The translations under genes and the position numbers were made by a program. A stretch of 64,000 bases of DNA from an uncultured bacterium (GTDB lineage: Bacteria; Latescibacterota; UBA2968; UBA8231), in contig CAXGPR010000004.1 in the NCBI GenBank assembly GCA_964011675.1, positions 7,901-71,900 of the forward strand, written 5' to 3'. The notes beneath the pieces are model-generated. The model did not search any database, was not told the origin of the DNA, and was given only the letters and a program-made list of their open reading frames with translations. Of this stretch, positions 48,274 to 57,890 are shown in pieces; positions within the stretch are counted from its first letter, which is position 1, and each line of letters starts with the position of its first letter.

Positions 48274-50745
48274 TCAGCATTTCGACCATCCACAGTGTTT
48301 GCAGATTACACAACTGTTCTCATGCGCTACCGTTAAACCGCACTCGGGACAAGTTGTCGAAATGTTAACGCCATTACCAATATCCTGAGTCGGAGGCTGC
48401 AAGCTGGTCAATTGAGGCTTAGCCCGCTCTCTCTCTTCAACAATGCTTTCCGCATTGCTACCTTCATGAGTAGGAAGCTGAAAATCAACTACTTTTTTTT
48501 TTTCTGCAGGCACTTCAACGGCGCCTTCAGCTCCATCCACGCTCTGACGTTGCACATAGCGCTCAATCGCTTTACCTATGGCATCCGGCGTCGATAGGAT
48601 AAGTTCACCATTTTCCCAAACGGGATTCGGTCCAGAAATCCCTTTCAGTTCGTTGATAACCTCTCGTGGATCAACTCCTGAGCGTAAGGCCAAGGAGATA
48701 AGACGGCTGATGGCTTCAGACTGGGCAGCTGCATTTCCACCCGCTTTACCAATAGTGCTAAACACTTCGCACATGCCGAATTCGTCCTCGTTAATCGTAA
48801 CGTAAATCCTACCTTCACCTGTGTTTATGCGTTCTGTGATACCCTGAGTAACGGCGGGGCGACGACGCACACTATGAAACCCGTCTGAAGAATCAGCGTC
48901 GGTCCCACCAGCTTCTTCCTTGTTCTCTGGCCCCTCTGTTTGTAGAATTCCTTCGCGGCTACCTTCGCGATATACCGTGACACCTTTCAAACCTTCTTTG
49001 TATGCCGTAATGTAAATGTCGGCAACTGTTTCGACATCAATATCTTCCGACAGGTTGATGGTAGAAGAAATACTGCTGTCGGTGTATTTCTGAATCACAC
49101 CTTGCATTCGTACACGGAAATAAGGGTCAATTTGATGCGCGGTGCGCACGTAATCAGGCAAATTCTCGTCACCACCAAAAACTTCTTTTACGACCGGATG
49201 ATAAACTTTGTATTCACGGAACGTTTCGCCATCGTGCTGCTTTACACGTCGCTTGTAGCTAGTGCAGAAAATCGGTTCAATACCTGAAGAGGTTTGCGCC
49301 ACAATAGACCCCGTGCCTACCGGAGGCATAGTAATGAGCGTGCAGTTACGCAAACCTTTTTCCTTAATGCGCTTCTGAAGCTCCTTCGGGAGACTCTGAA
49401 TAAACTTGCTTTTGGAAATACCTTTCCAATCGAAGAGCGAAAAAGCGCCCTTCTCTTCGGCTAAATCAATCGACGTCTCGTAAGAGTTGTAGCAGATCGT
49501 CTGCATAATCTCTTCAATGGACTCCAAGGCTTCTTCGGAATCATACGCCTTCTTCATGAGAACCAACGCATCGGCCATACCTGTGATACCTAGTCCTACG
49601 CGGCGATCAGAGGATACAGCGTCTCTAATCTTTGTCATCGCGTGGTTTTCCATATTGTACTCAATAACATTGTCGAGAAAACGCGTAGCTACACGGGTCG
49701 CTTCAGCTAGGGCATCGTGATCAAAAACGCCGTCGTCACCAACAAACTTCATTAGGTTTAAGTTGCCCAGATTACACGCCGTGTAAGAGGCCAAGGGCTG
49801 TTCACCGCAGGGATTGGTGCTGGTGAGAGGGTTGGCATATTCTACGTTGTGATACTCGCGCATGGTATCCCAGAAAATGATGCCAGGTTCAGCAGAGGCA
49901 TGCGCATTGGTGATGATCGTATTCCACAATTCACGCGCGCGTACCGTTCGATACACCGTGCCCTCGAAGCGCAAATCAAAATCAGAATCAGCGAGTACTG
50001 CTTGCATGAACTCGTGCGTGATCAACACGCTGATATTTGCGTACTGTACTTTGGTGCGATTCGCGTCATTTTTAATCGTGATGAAACTCTCGATATCAGG
50101 ATGATCGACGCGTAGAGTCAGCATGAGCGCACCGCGTCGACCGGCCTGCGATACGGCATTGGTGCTCTCTGACAGTAGATTCATGAAGGCCGTACAACCG
50201 GGCGAAGCGTCCACAGTCGCGTTGACGGGGGCACCCTGTGGGCGGAGAATCGACAGGTCAGTCCCAACGCCGCCACCAGTTCGATATACCATGGCAGACT
50301 CACTCAAGCAACGATATATACCCTCTAAACTGTCTTCTTCGATCGGAATGACGTAACAATTGGACAAGGTAGGCTTACGCTGAGCTTCGTCACGACCAGC
50401 ACCGTGCATAACGCGGCCACCAGGAATGAATTTAAAATCCATCAACAGCGAGAAGAAGCGGTCGTACCAATATTCTTTGTCCTCTTCAACCGAGGCCATC
50501 GCACGAGCAATGCGATCCCATATGTGAAGGGGGCCGACTTCCCCAGGCGCCAGATATTTGCTCCGCAACACGTCAACGGCGAGATCGTTTTCTCCGTAGT
50601 AGGTCTCTGCATCTGCAGCACGGGCCAGCAAATCGTCCTGACCGTTACGTTTAAGTCCATGTCCTTCAAGTTGGGACAACAAGTCCTCAATGCGATTGGT
50701 TACTACGGTCGCCTCGGAGTTTTCTTCTATTTTTTCTGACGCCAT
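48274..50745 (-). CDS. nrdJ: Adenosylcobalamin-dependent (class II) ribonucleoside-diphosphate reductase
   Basis: An RNR alpha fold with NPCGEQPL. The C-terminal zinc ribbon is CPECG...CKHCG. The start is at MASEKIEEN (ATG 50745) with a GGGAGGG SD. The ORF-track extension to 50868 is rejected. Confidence 0.85.
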   Translation of the reverse strand: MASEKIEENSEATVVTNRIEDLLSQLEGHGLKRNGQDDLLARAADAETYYGENDLAVDVLRSKYLAPGEVGPLHIWDRIARAMASVEEDKEYWYDRFFSLLMDFKFIPGGRVMHGAGRDEAQRKPTLSNCYVIPIEEDSLEGIYRCLSESAMVYRTGGGVGTDLSILRPQGAPVNATVDASPGCTAFMNLLSESTNAVSQAGRRGALMLTLRVDHPDIESFITIKNDANRTKVQYANISVLITHEFMQAVLADSDFDLRFEGTVYRTVRARELWNTIITNAHASAEPGIIFWDTMREYHNVEYANPLTSTNPCGEQPLASYTACNLGNLNLMKFVGDDGVFDHDALAEATRVATRFLDNVIEYNMENHAMTKIRDAVSSDRRVGLGITGMADALVLMKKAYDSEEALESIEEIMQTICYNSYETSIDLAEEKGAFSLFDWKGISKSKFIQSLPKELQKRIKEKGLRNCTLITMPPVGTGSIVAQTSSGIEPIFCTSYKRRVKQHDGETFREYKVYHPVVKEVFGGDENLPDYVRTAHQIDPYFRVRMQGVIQKYTDSSISSTINLSEDIDVETVADIYITAYKEGLKGVTVYREGSREGILQTEGPENKEEAGGTDADSSDGFHSVRRRPAVTQGITERINTGEGRIYVTINEDEFGMCEVFSTIGKAGGNAAAQSEAISRLISLALRSGVDPREVINELKGISGPNPVWENGELILSTPDAIGKAIERYVQRQSVDGAEGAVEVPAEKKKVVDFQLPTHEGSNAESIVEERERAKPQLTSLQPPTQDIGNGVNISTTCPECGLTVAHENSCVICKHCGWSKC

Positions 50746-50882
50746 TCCGCCCTCCCTAAAGGCAAAGTAAGGCTCTCCCACACGGGGGATTATGAGTGTG
50801 GGAATCCGGTAATTTAGTATGTGGGGGAGTCGACAATAATACGAGCGAGCACACATTATATCTCGCAAAACGCACGTCCATT

Positions 50883-50898
50883 ACACAAGATGTTGTGC
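50883..50898. promoter_or_regulatory. Candidate NrdR box (ACACAAGATGTTGTGC) upstream of nrdJ
   Basis: It matches the published NrdR-box consensus acaCwAtATaTwGtgt at 14 of 16 positions and is palindromic. A weaker left-half match at 50851-50866 lies 33 bp away, about three helical turns. Confidence 0.45.
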
Positions 50899-50953
50899 GA
50901 TGAGTAAAGATAGAGATAACGCGGAGGTTGTCAAGCGGTTTTTTGCATTTAGA

Positions 50954-50969
50954 TCACAATATACTGTGG
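50954..50969. promoter_or_regulatory. Second candidate NrdR box (TCACAATATACTGTGG) between nrdR and nrdJ
   Basis: 13 of 16 positions match the NrdR-box consensus, with a near-palindrome CACAAT-at-ACTGTG. Confidence 0.4.
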
Positions 50970-50988
50970 TGCGGATATTTCATAGATA

Positions 50989-51441
50989 CTAGTTGTTGGT
51001 GAGTTGCTCTAATTCACGCATAAAGTCGCTCTTGTCTTTAAACTGGCGATATACGGAAGCAAAACGCACATAGGCAACATCGTTGACTGCCCGCAGATGT
51101 TTCATAACCAACTCGCCGATTTGAGTGCTCTGGATCTCCTTCTCATTAAGATTACCCAGGTCAGCCTCTACCGTATCGACTAATTGCTCGATCTCTTCAA
51201 CAGACACTGTAGTTTTGTAACAAGCCAATTGGACCTTACTAAGCAGCTTTATGCGATCGAATGGCTCGCGACTACCGTCGGCCTTGATGATAGTAAGTGG
51301 AACGTTTTCGATATACTCGTACGTGGTAAACCGCTTGCTACAGTTAATACATTCACGGCGACGGCGTATAGCCATACCTTCGCGACAAGAGCGCGAATCT
51401 ACGACTTTGTCTTCTTGATGATTACAATAAGGACAGCGCAT
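50989..51441 (-). CDS. nrdR: Transcriptional repressor NrdR (zinc ribbon plus ATP-cone)
   Basis: MRCPYCNHQEDKVVDSR...CINCSKRFTTYE is the zinc ribbon, followed by an ATP cone. The internal ATG at 51441 is chosen; the ORF-track start at 51522 adds 27 non-homologous residues. Confidence 0.85.
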   Translation of the reverse strand: MRCPYCNHQEDKVVDSRSCREGMAIRRRRECINCSKRFTTYEYIENVPLTIIKADGSREPFDRIKLLSKVQLACYKTTVSVEEIEQLVDTVEADLGNLNEKEIQSTQIGELVMKHLRAVNDVAYVRFASVYRQFKDKSDFMRELEQLTNN

Positions 51442-51588
51442 AAAAAAACCTCCCGTGGACAACACATCGTATGTCAGATGCAGTTCATTAAGTGCTGGGG
51501 AGGATAGTGTAGAGAAGAGCATATAGGAATTCTTCTCTGCAGGGAATAATCCCTATATAATAATAAAAACAGTAAGATATGGCAAGAA

Positions 51589-52242
51589 CTAGTTCAACTG
51601 AAAAGTAAAGGGCAGGCTGACCCAAACTTTCACTGGCTTGTCATTTTGGATTGCCGGCTCAAATTCCCATTTTTTCGCGGCAGCCCGAGCAGCCTCGTGA
51701 AAGACCTCGGGGCCAGTGATTTTACCGATCGATTCGACTTTACCTGTTTTGTTAACCAGAGCAGTCACAAAAACTTTACCCGTTATGTTCGCCTTTCGAG
51801 CAATATCTGGATACTGAGGCACAGCACGCTTAGTAGGTATGGGCTGCTTTTCCACTTTCCACAGTTCGACTATCTCTTCCTCCTCTTCCAATTCAACGTC
51901 GTCAAACAAATCTTCCATGGGAGGTGGAGGGGCAAAATCATCCAAGTCTAAATCTATATCAGTATCCTCAATCGTCACGTCATCGGCCACGTCAGGATTA
52001 TCGGTAGCCACTGGCACTACCGGACGGGCAGGTGGCGGCGGACGTCGCTCTTGCTTGGTCTCGGGAATTTCTTCCAACTGAATGATAACCGGATCCTCCG
52101 ATTTGGCATACGCATCAGCCTCAAAGGTGGGGAAAAGCGCAAATATAACGCCGTGAATCGCCACAGAAGCCCCCACACAACTCCATAGCATTTTGCGATA
52201 GGTCAGTCGCAAATTAGCTTCTGGCTGCTTACCACGGATCAT
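51589..52242 (-). CDS. tonB: Energy transducer TonB
   Basis: An N-terminal TM helix, a Pro-rich spacer (RRPPPPARPVVPV), and a C-terminal TonB domain (VFVTALVNKTGKVESIGKI...WEFEPA). Confidence 0.75.
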   Translation of the reverse strand: MIRGKQPEANLRLTYRKMLWSCVGASVAIHGVIFALFPTFEADAYAKSEDPVIIQLEEIPETKQERRPPPPARPVVPVATDNPDVADDVTIEDTDIDLDLDDFAPPPPMEDLFDDVELEEEEEIVELWKVEKQPIPTKRAVPQYPDIARKANITGKVFVTALVNKTGKVESIGKITGPEVFHEAARAAAKKWEFEPAIQNDKPVKVWVSLPFTFQLN

Positions 52243-52243
52243 G

Positions 52244-52654
52244 TTATTGCATCTCCCGTTTTGTCGAGAAATTCACCCGCAGCGCTTCTACTTTACGCAA
52301 CTCTTGCATAACGTCGGAAATTACGCCAAACTGCGAGTCTTTATCTCCGCGCAGCGAAATGATAAGACGAGGATTAGCCATTAGGCGTGCATGCACTAAC
52401 TGGCCCAAGGTATTGATCGGGACGTTGCGATCTTCCATACTAATCGCTCCCTCACTGTTGACCCATATCTGCAGGACATTACGCCGGCTTTCTAGCTTTT
52501 CAATTTTCTCTGCCTCAGGCAATTCTACCGGCACGCCACGATAGCGTACGAACACGGTGGACACCATGAAGAAAACTAACAAGAGAAACGATATGTCCGC
52601 CATAGAGGCCGTGGGGATCACGCTACCCACTTTGGACTTTCGGTTAAATTGCAC
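52244..52654 (-). CDS. exbD: Biopolymer transport protein ExbD/TolR (copy 2)
   Basis: An ExbD-family single-TM protein (ISFLLLVFFMV). Confidence 0.8.
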   Translation of the reverse strand: MQFNRKSKVGSVIPTASMADISFLLLVFFMVSTVFVRYRGVPVELPEAEKIEKLESRRNVLQIWVNSEGAISMEDRNVPINTLGQLVHARLMANPRLIISLRGDKDSQFGVISDVMQELRKVEALRVNFSTKREMQ

Positions 52655-52657
52655 GTA

Positions 52658-53071
52658 TCACTCTTCCGGATTGGCGATCGAAATCTTTGTGGCACCAGCC
52701 ATTTTTAGATCATCAAGCACGTCAACAAAAGTGCGATACGTTGCACCCCGCTCTGTTTTGACCGAAATGATGAGCTTATCATTTTCAGCCATACGTGCCT
52801 TAATCTGAGACTGCAATTGACCGGTTGGAATAGGCGTCAGTTGATCGTTTTCAAAAAAAGCCAACTGGTCACGCGCGTTAATCCATACGTTAAGAATATT
52901 TTTACTTTGCACTTCTTTGGTTTCCCCTACAGGAGGAAGGTGCAAAGATAGCCCCTTATCCTGGTTCATTGTCGTCGTCACTAGGAAGAAGACGATGAGG
53001 AGAAAGGCAATATCCGCCATAGAAGCGGTTGGAATTTCTGGCGAAACTCGGCTTTCGCGCTTTTTAATCAC
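52658..53071 (-). CDS. exbD: Biopolymer transport protein ExbD/TolR (copy 1)
   Basis: An ExbD-family protein (TASMADIAFLLIVFFLV). Confidence 0.8.
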   Translation of the reverse strand: MIKKRESRVSPEIPTASMADIAFLLIVFFLVTTTMNQDKGLSLHLPPVGETKEVQSKNILNVWINARDQLAFFENDQLTPIPTGQLQSQIKARMAENDKLIISVKTERGATYRTFVDVLDDLKMAGATKISIANPEE

Positions 53072-53073
53072 AC

Positions 53074-53691
53074 TCAGGCCCTCTCGTGCTCACGCTCGGC
53101 TAATAAGTCAATGAAAGCCGCTGTTTGTTCAGTCATATCCGCTATAATTTTATCGATGCGGTTGGCAAAAAAATTGTAGCAAAACTGGATTATAATACCA
53201 ACGATCAATCCAGCAGCCGTGGTAATGAGCGCTTCGGAAATGCCACCTGCCACCATGGATGGCTCGACGTCACCGGCAGTCTTAATCGCCTGAAACGCGT
53301 TTATCATGCCACTTACCGTTCCAAGGAAACCGATCATCGGCGCCAGATTGGCCACGGTCGACAACCAGACCATGCCTCGTTCCATGAATGCCATCTCTAC
53401 AGCCCCTGAGTTGTCGACGGCTTTTTCCACGTGATCAACACCGCGATGTATGCGCAAGAGCCCCGCATGAATCACCGAGGCCACGGGACCGCGCGTTTCT
53501 GAACATAACCGAGCCGCCTGATCTGGCCCTCCGCTTTTGAACGCTTCTTCTAACTCTTTAAAAAAACCCTCGGCGTCAATGGAAGCGCGCGATAGAGTAA
53601 TAAGGCGCTCGATTGCTACGGCGATGCCGATAATGAGTAAAACGAGCAGGGGCCACATGGCCCAACCGCCGTCTGCAAAAAGCTCAACCAT
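53074..53691 (-). CDS. exbB: MotA/TolQ/ExbB proton-channel protein
   Basis: Three TM helices and the conserved C-terminal channel region (AFQAIKTAG...GISEALITTAAGL). Confidence 0.85.
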   Translation of the reverse strand: MVELFADGGWAMWPLLVLLIIGIAVAIERLITLSRASIDAEGFFKELEEAFKSGGPDQAARLCSETRGPVASVIHAGLLRIHRGVDHVEKAVDNSGAVEMAFMERGMVWLSTVANLAPMIGFLGTVSGMINAFQAIKTAGDVEPSMVAGGISEALITTAAGLIVGIIIQFCYNFFANRIDKIIADMTEQTAAFIDLLAEREHERA

Positions 53692-53798
53692 TTTTTATCC
53701 CTCACCAGTTAGTTAGGCCCGCATACACAGGGCTAGCTGCTGTCATGTTTAATAGCCTTACGCTTGTAGACACCCCTAAAAAATGGAGTTTGTCCACG

Positions 53799-54905
53799 TT
53801 ATGATTCGCCATTATGGCCGCTGAAGAACTCACGCTTCAACTTTTCCTCTTCGGTCTCTGGCGGATGAATTTTCCATATGCGCTGCTGAGCAACTCGTTC
53901 CCAAGCCGGATCGGCCATCGCCTTCTCATATGCCATAACAGCCTCGTTTTCAGCTCCTTCGCGCAACAGTAAATCGCCCTTCAAAACGAGCAAATGGGCA
54001 TCTTCTCTGACTCTTAATCCGTGATCTACCCATCTACGCGCAGCCTTAAATCGATTCTGCCTCACATTCCATTCGACGAGTTCTGCTATAGTTTGCAAAT
54101 CTTGCGGATCAGCACGAACCATACCTTCGCGAGCCCTAAGCAAGATCTTCTGGTCGTTACGGTCTCCCGCTATCTGAGCAACCCGATTGTAATACGCGTA
54201 CGCGCTGGCTGTATCCACCATTGCGAGTTTAAAAAGCGATTTCAGCGCTGCGTTAACGTCTCCGGTTTCCAACTGCAATTCAACAACGCTCTCTAGTCGC
54301 CTCACATCAACTGCTTCATCATCGTTGCCCACCAATTTGCTGCGCCACTTTAAGGCCTCATCCACGTTGCCCAGATCTTGGTTGAGCAGAGCAAGCATTT
54401 CAATAATCTCTTCATCTTCTCCCACCCGCTCCAGAAGTCGGGCGTAGTGTGTAATAGCCTGTTGGGCTTGACCCTCTCGCCTGTATAAGTCAGCGAGCTT
54501 ACGGCGATATCCGTCTGCGGCGGGTTTAACTAAGAGTACGCGCTCTAAACAGCGAGCAGACGAATCCACCCGACCATTTGCATTATGTATAGTGTAAAGT
54601 CGCAGATTGGAATTGACGTGCAAGGAGTCGAGAGTCAAGACCGAATTAAATGCCAAATGCGCTTCATCTAAATCGCGCAGTCGATAGTTCATATCTCCAA
54701 GAAAAAAGCGGGCTTGTAAATCAGTCGGACTGTATTTAAGAAGCTGACCGTAGTAGATCCGCGCCTGTGCATAATCTTTTTTAGATCGCGCCGTTTTCGC
54801 CAGAAATTTGTATTTCCGAACCGAGTCAGAGACAGCAACCCCTGTCTGTGCAGCGATTTCTCTTGCAAAGAGAGCTGCGAATATGACAAAAAGTGTTAAT
54901 TTCAT
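53799..54905 (-). CDS. Secreted TPR-repeat protein, first gene of the exbB-exbD-exbD-tonB unit
   Basis: A signal peptide plus multiple TPR motifs (A..YY...L.......A...F...L). Confidence 0.6.
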   Translation of the reverse strand: MKLTLFVIFAALFAREIAAQTGVAVSDSVRKYKFLAKTARSKKDYAQARIYYGQLLKYSPTDLQARFFLGDMNYRLRDLDEAHLAFNSVLTLDSLHVNSNLRLYTIHNANGRVDSSARCLERVLLVKPAADGYRRKLADLYRREGQAQQAITHYARLLERVGEDEEIIEMLALLNQDLGNVDEALKWRSKLVGNDDEAVDVRRLESVVELQLETGDVNAALKSLFKLAMVDTASAYAYYNRVAQIAGDRNDQKILLRAREGMVRADPQDLQTIAELVEWNVRQNRFKAARRWVDHGLRVREDAHLLVLKGDLLLREGAENEAVMAYEKAMADPAWERVAQQRIWKIHPPETEEEKLKREFFSGHNGES

Positions 54906-55525
54906 CGGGTATTCCCGTCGTTGTTAGACGATGACAAGATTGTGGCAATGACTAAGCGGGGCTGTAATAGCAAACTCTAAAATGTAAAAATATCGTGTGA
55001 TGAGCAATACGTTGACCAGATCAGCCGAAAACAATGGGTCTTATGTCACAAACGCACAGCAAATTTGTTACGGTTTAGAAAATTTACAAGATGTGCCAAG
55101 AACTTCCTGACCTCTGACCATTGGCAACAAACCGACGCAAAAAAAAAAATCTTCTCAGAGTCAAAAAAGAAAATATTACACTATTCGAATCTGTTAGCGA
55201 AAGACTTGTATGTCTTTAGCATAGGCACGTGACCTCGCATTTATCGCCGCCCTACATAATAATAATATATCATTATCATATAGCCAAAGCCGACTTTATC
55301 AAGCTCCATAAAGCCCAGTGTATGGCATTGATTACCACTGACTACATATTTTTAGTTAGCATATCTATCTCTGAAAAACCACATATAAGTTGCTAGTAGG
55401 GACAATGGGCTAACGTATCGACGTTGCCAAAATGATTCATGCACGCGTTTTTTGTCAGTATTCCGAATAAGAGCCAGCAATTGGTGTCTAAACCGGATGC
55501 AGAAAAGTGTCGTGAGAGCATAACA

Positions 55526-56116
55526 ATGCAAAATCGAAAATTTAGCATATTGGATAGCAGTGATTCTAAGCATGTAGCCCGTGTTGTAAAGGGCGATTTG
55601 CGCGCCTTTGACGAACTCGTCCACCAATACTATGGAGTGGCTTATTCGCTCGCCTACAAGGTGCTCAACAACGATGACGACGCCAGAGAAATTACGCAGG
55701 ATGCCTTTGTCCGAATTCACAAAGCCATAGGTAGCTTCCGCGGTGATGCGTCACTAAAAACCTGGATAATGCGTATTGTCATGCGCCTGAGTCTCAACCG
55801 ACGACGCGACCGGTCGAGGTCGGCTTGGCGACGCCTCGGCTTACACCATGATGAAGAAAGCGTTCACACAACGGTTCCCAATTATCAGACGCCAGAAGCG
55901 GAATATCTTTCCCAAGAAACGCGCATGCAGGTTCAGCGACTCATTGACCGTTTGCCTGACTCGCTGCGCCAAGTAGTCATCCTGAGTAGCTTTGAAGACC
56001 TATCTTATGACGAGATTGCACAAATTCTCAATCTGCCTATAGGAACAGTAAGTTCGCGTCTGCACGTTGCACGAAAAAAGCTGCTGCTGCAGTTCAGAGA
56101 ACACGAACTCTTGTGA
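55526..56116 (+). CDS. RNA polymerase ECF-type sigma factor (sigma-70 regions 2 and 4)
   Basis: DLRAFDELVHQYYGVAYSLAYKVL...DAREITQDAFVRIHKAIGSFRG in region 2; SYDEIAQILNLPIGTVSSRLHVARKKL in region 4. The internal ATG at 55526 gives a typical 196-aa size. Confidence 0.8.
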   Translation: MQNRKFSILDSSDSKHVARVVKGDLRAFDELVHQYYGVAYSLAYKVLNNDDDAREITQDAFVRIHKAIGSFRGDASLKTWIMRIVMRLSLNRRRDRSRSAWRRLGLHHDEESVHTTVPNYQTPEAEYLSQETRMQVQRLIDRLPDSLRQVVILSSFEDLSYDEIAQILNLPIGTVSSRLHVARKKLLLQFREHELL

Positions 56117-56466
56117 GGCCCATTATGTTTTTCGGCAAGAAAAAACAACGCCGTCTGTCCGCCTATTTAGATGGTGAGTTAACAGTAGAACAAAACGTGG
56201 ATTTCAGTGAACAACTGGCTTTTGATGCCGAACTCAGGTCACAACTAGCCGATTTTGCTGCCACCGACAGCTTAGTGCGGCAAGCGCTGGCGCCTGCACG
56301 TATACCTGTCCCATCTACGTCTTCCATATCCGAAGACAAGGAAATACGTATAAATTCACCTTCATACCGGTATTTGAAACCCGCTGCTTTTGCAGCTGCG
56401 GGCCTGCTCGTCACAGCCGGTCTAACGTTCGCCAGCTTGCGCCGGCGAGGTATCGTCCGAGGTTAA
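56113..56466 (+). CDS. Putative anti-sigma factor (single-pass membrane)
   Basis: An N-terminal LSAYLDGEL motif typical of anti-sigma N-domains and a C-terminal TM helix (AAFAAAGLLVTAGLTFASL). An ATGA overlap with the sigma gene. Confidence 0.55.
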   Translation: MRPIMFFGKKKQRRLSAYLDGELTVEQNVDFSEQLAFDAELRSQLADFAATDSLVRQALAPARIPVPSTSSISEDKEIRINSPSYRYLKPAAFAAAGLLVTAGLTFASLRRRGIVRG

Positions 56467-56468
56467 AC

Positions 56469-57338
56469 GTGAACTGGTTCGAAAAAATGAAGAGCGGGCT
56501 AAAAACCCGCATTAAGCGCGAAATTCCACAGGGTATCTGGCTTAAGTGTAAGCAATGCGGCCACTCTAACTACGAAAAAGCCTTAGAACGTAGCCACTGG
56601 ATATGTCCCGAGTGTTCGTACCACTATGCCATAGGGCATCAGCAGTATGTTGATATGCTAGTGGATGCGGGAACATTCACTGAAACAGATGCGAACGTAA
56701 GCCCAACCGACCCGTTGCGATTTCGCGGCTATAAGAACAAGATAAAAGACGGACGGCGTCAGAGCGGAGCCGGCGAATCGGTCTATACAGGCACCGGACG
56801 CATAGGCGGCCACCCCGTCGCGCTGGGCATTATGGATACTCGTTTTCTTATGGGAACACTAGGCGGAGCAACCGGAGAAAAAATATGCCGACTCATCGAA
56901 CGAGCCATCTGCGAACGACGAACTTTTATACTCATCTGCCAGTCGGGCGGAGCACGCATGCAAGAAAGCGCGTTTTCTCTAATGCAGATGGCCCGTGTAA
57001 GCGCTAAACTACACCAACTCTCTGATGCAGGGCTTCTATACGTTGCCATCCTAACAGATCCCACTTACGGAGGCGTAACCGCAAGCTTTGCCATGTTGGG
57101 AGACTTGATTATAGCCGAACCCGGTGCACGCATAGGTTTTGCAGGACAGACTGTCATTAAACAATTTCTCGGCAGCAATGCACAACTGCCAGAAGACTTT
57201 CAAATGGCGGAAACTGTTTTAGAACACGGTTTTATCGACCGCATTGTGCAGCGCGATCACCTATCCGCCGAGTTGGCTGGCCTTATTGGCCTGCTATCTC
57301 AGTCCGAGAGCGAGCCGTCTAATTCTCTGTCCGCATAA
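56469..57338 (+). CDS. accD: Acetyl-CoA carboxylase carboxyltransferase subunit beta
   Basis: An N-terminal C4 zinc finger (CKQCGHSNY...CPECSYHY) plus the carboxyltransferase domain. A GTG start 2 nt after the anti-sigma stop. Confidence 0.85.
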   Translation: MNWFEKMKSGLKTRIKREIPQGIWLKCKQCGHSNYEKALERSHWICPECSYHYAIGHQQYVDMLVDAGTFTETDANVSPTDPLRFRGYKNKIKDGRRQSGAGESVYTGTGRIGGHPVALGIMDTRFLMGTLGGATGEKICRLIERAICERRTFILICQSGGARMQESAFSLMQMARVSAKLHQLSDAGLLYVAILTDPTYGGVTASFAMLGDLIIAEPGARIGFAGQTVIKQFLGSNAQLPEDFQMAETVLEHGFIDRIVQRDHLSAELAGLIGLLSQSESEPSNSLSA

Positions 57339-57881
57339 GTGAGTAACTCGCTGACCGCACGACAACTGGCCGCCATAGCACTCATGGCCGCACTAACCGC
57401 CGTCGGTGCTTGGCTGCGCTTACCTATACCATATATTCCCGTCACGCTGCAGATGAGCTTCGTTTACTTGTCTGGAGTATGGCTGGGATCACGCGGCGGA
57501 GCACTGGCCCAACTGGTCTACGTAGGAGCAGGCCTAATCGGCTTTCCTCTATTTGCCAAGGGTGGCGGACTACACTACGTATACGAGCCGAGCTTTGGAT
57601 ATCTCGCCGGATTTATACCCGCAGCCTATGTGTCAGGCCTCATAGCCCAACGCAACAACGCGTGTGCAGGATACATCGGGGCAGCTGTTGCCTCGTTAGC
57701 TATGGTCTATCTGCCCGGCCTGGTCTGGCTCCACGTCGTGCTGAACTACGTTTTGGGTCAAGAGACGACACTAGATGCAACGCTCGCTTTGGGACTGAGC
57801 TCCCTGCCTAAAGATCTGGCACTGATACCGATCAATGCCTATTTGGGAAAACAGATAAAAAGACGGATTTCGTCCCTGTAA
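57339..57881 (+). CDS. bioY: Biotin transporter BioY (ECF-type S component)
   Basis: A BioY-family pattern (PIPYIPVTLQMSFVYLSGVWLGSRGGAL) with 5-6 TM helices. A GTG start immediately after the accD stop. Confidence 0.8.
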   Translation: MSNSLTARQLAAIALMAALTAVGAWLRLPIPYIPVTLQMSFVYLSGVWLGSRGGALAQLVYVGAGLIGFPLFAKGGGLHYVYEPSFGYLAGFIPAAYVSGLIAQRNNACAGYIGAAVASLAMVYLPGLVWLHVVLNYVLGQETTLDATLALGLSSLPKDLALIPINAYLGKQIKRRISSL

Positions 57882-57890
57882 AGTAGCCGA

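Noticed and set aside
50746-50868. An N-terminal extension of nrdJ (MRDIMCARSYYC...) in the ORF track
   Set aside because: It has no homology to RNR N-termini. The internal ATG at 50745 has a strong GGGAGGG SD and begins the conserved sequence.
51523-51588. Hairpin AGGGA-ataa-TCCCT between tonB and nrdR
   Set aside because: It is not followed by a U-tract on either strand, so it is more likely part of the nrdR promoter region than a terminator. No call was made.
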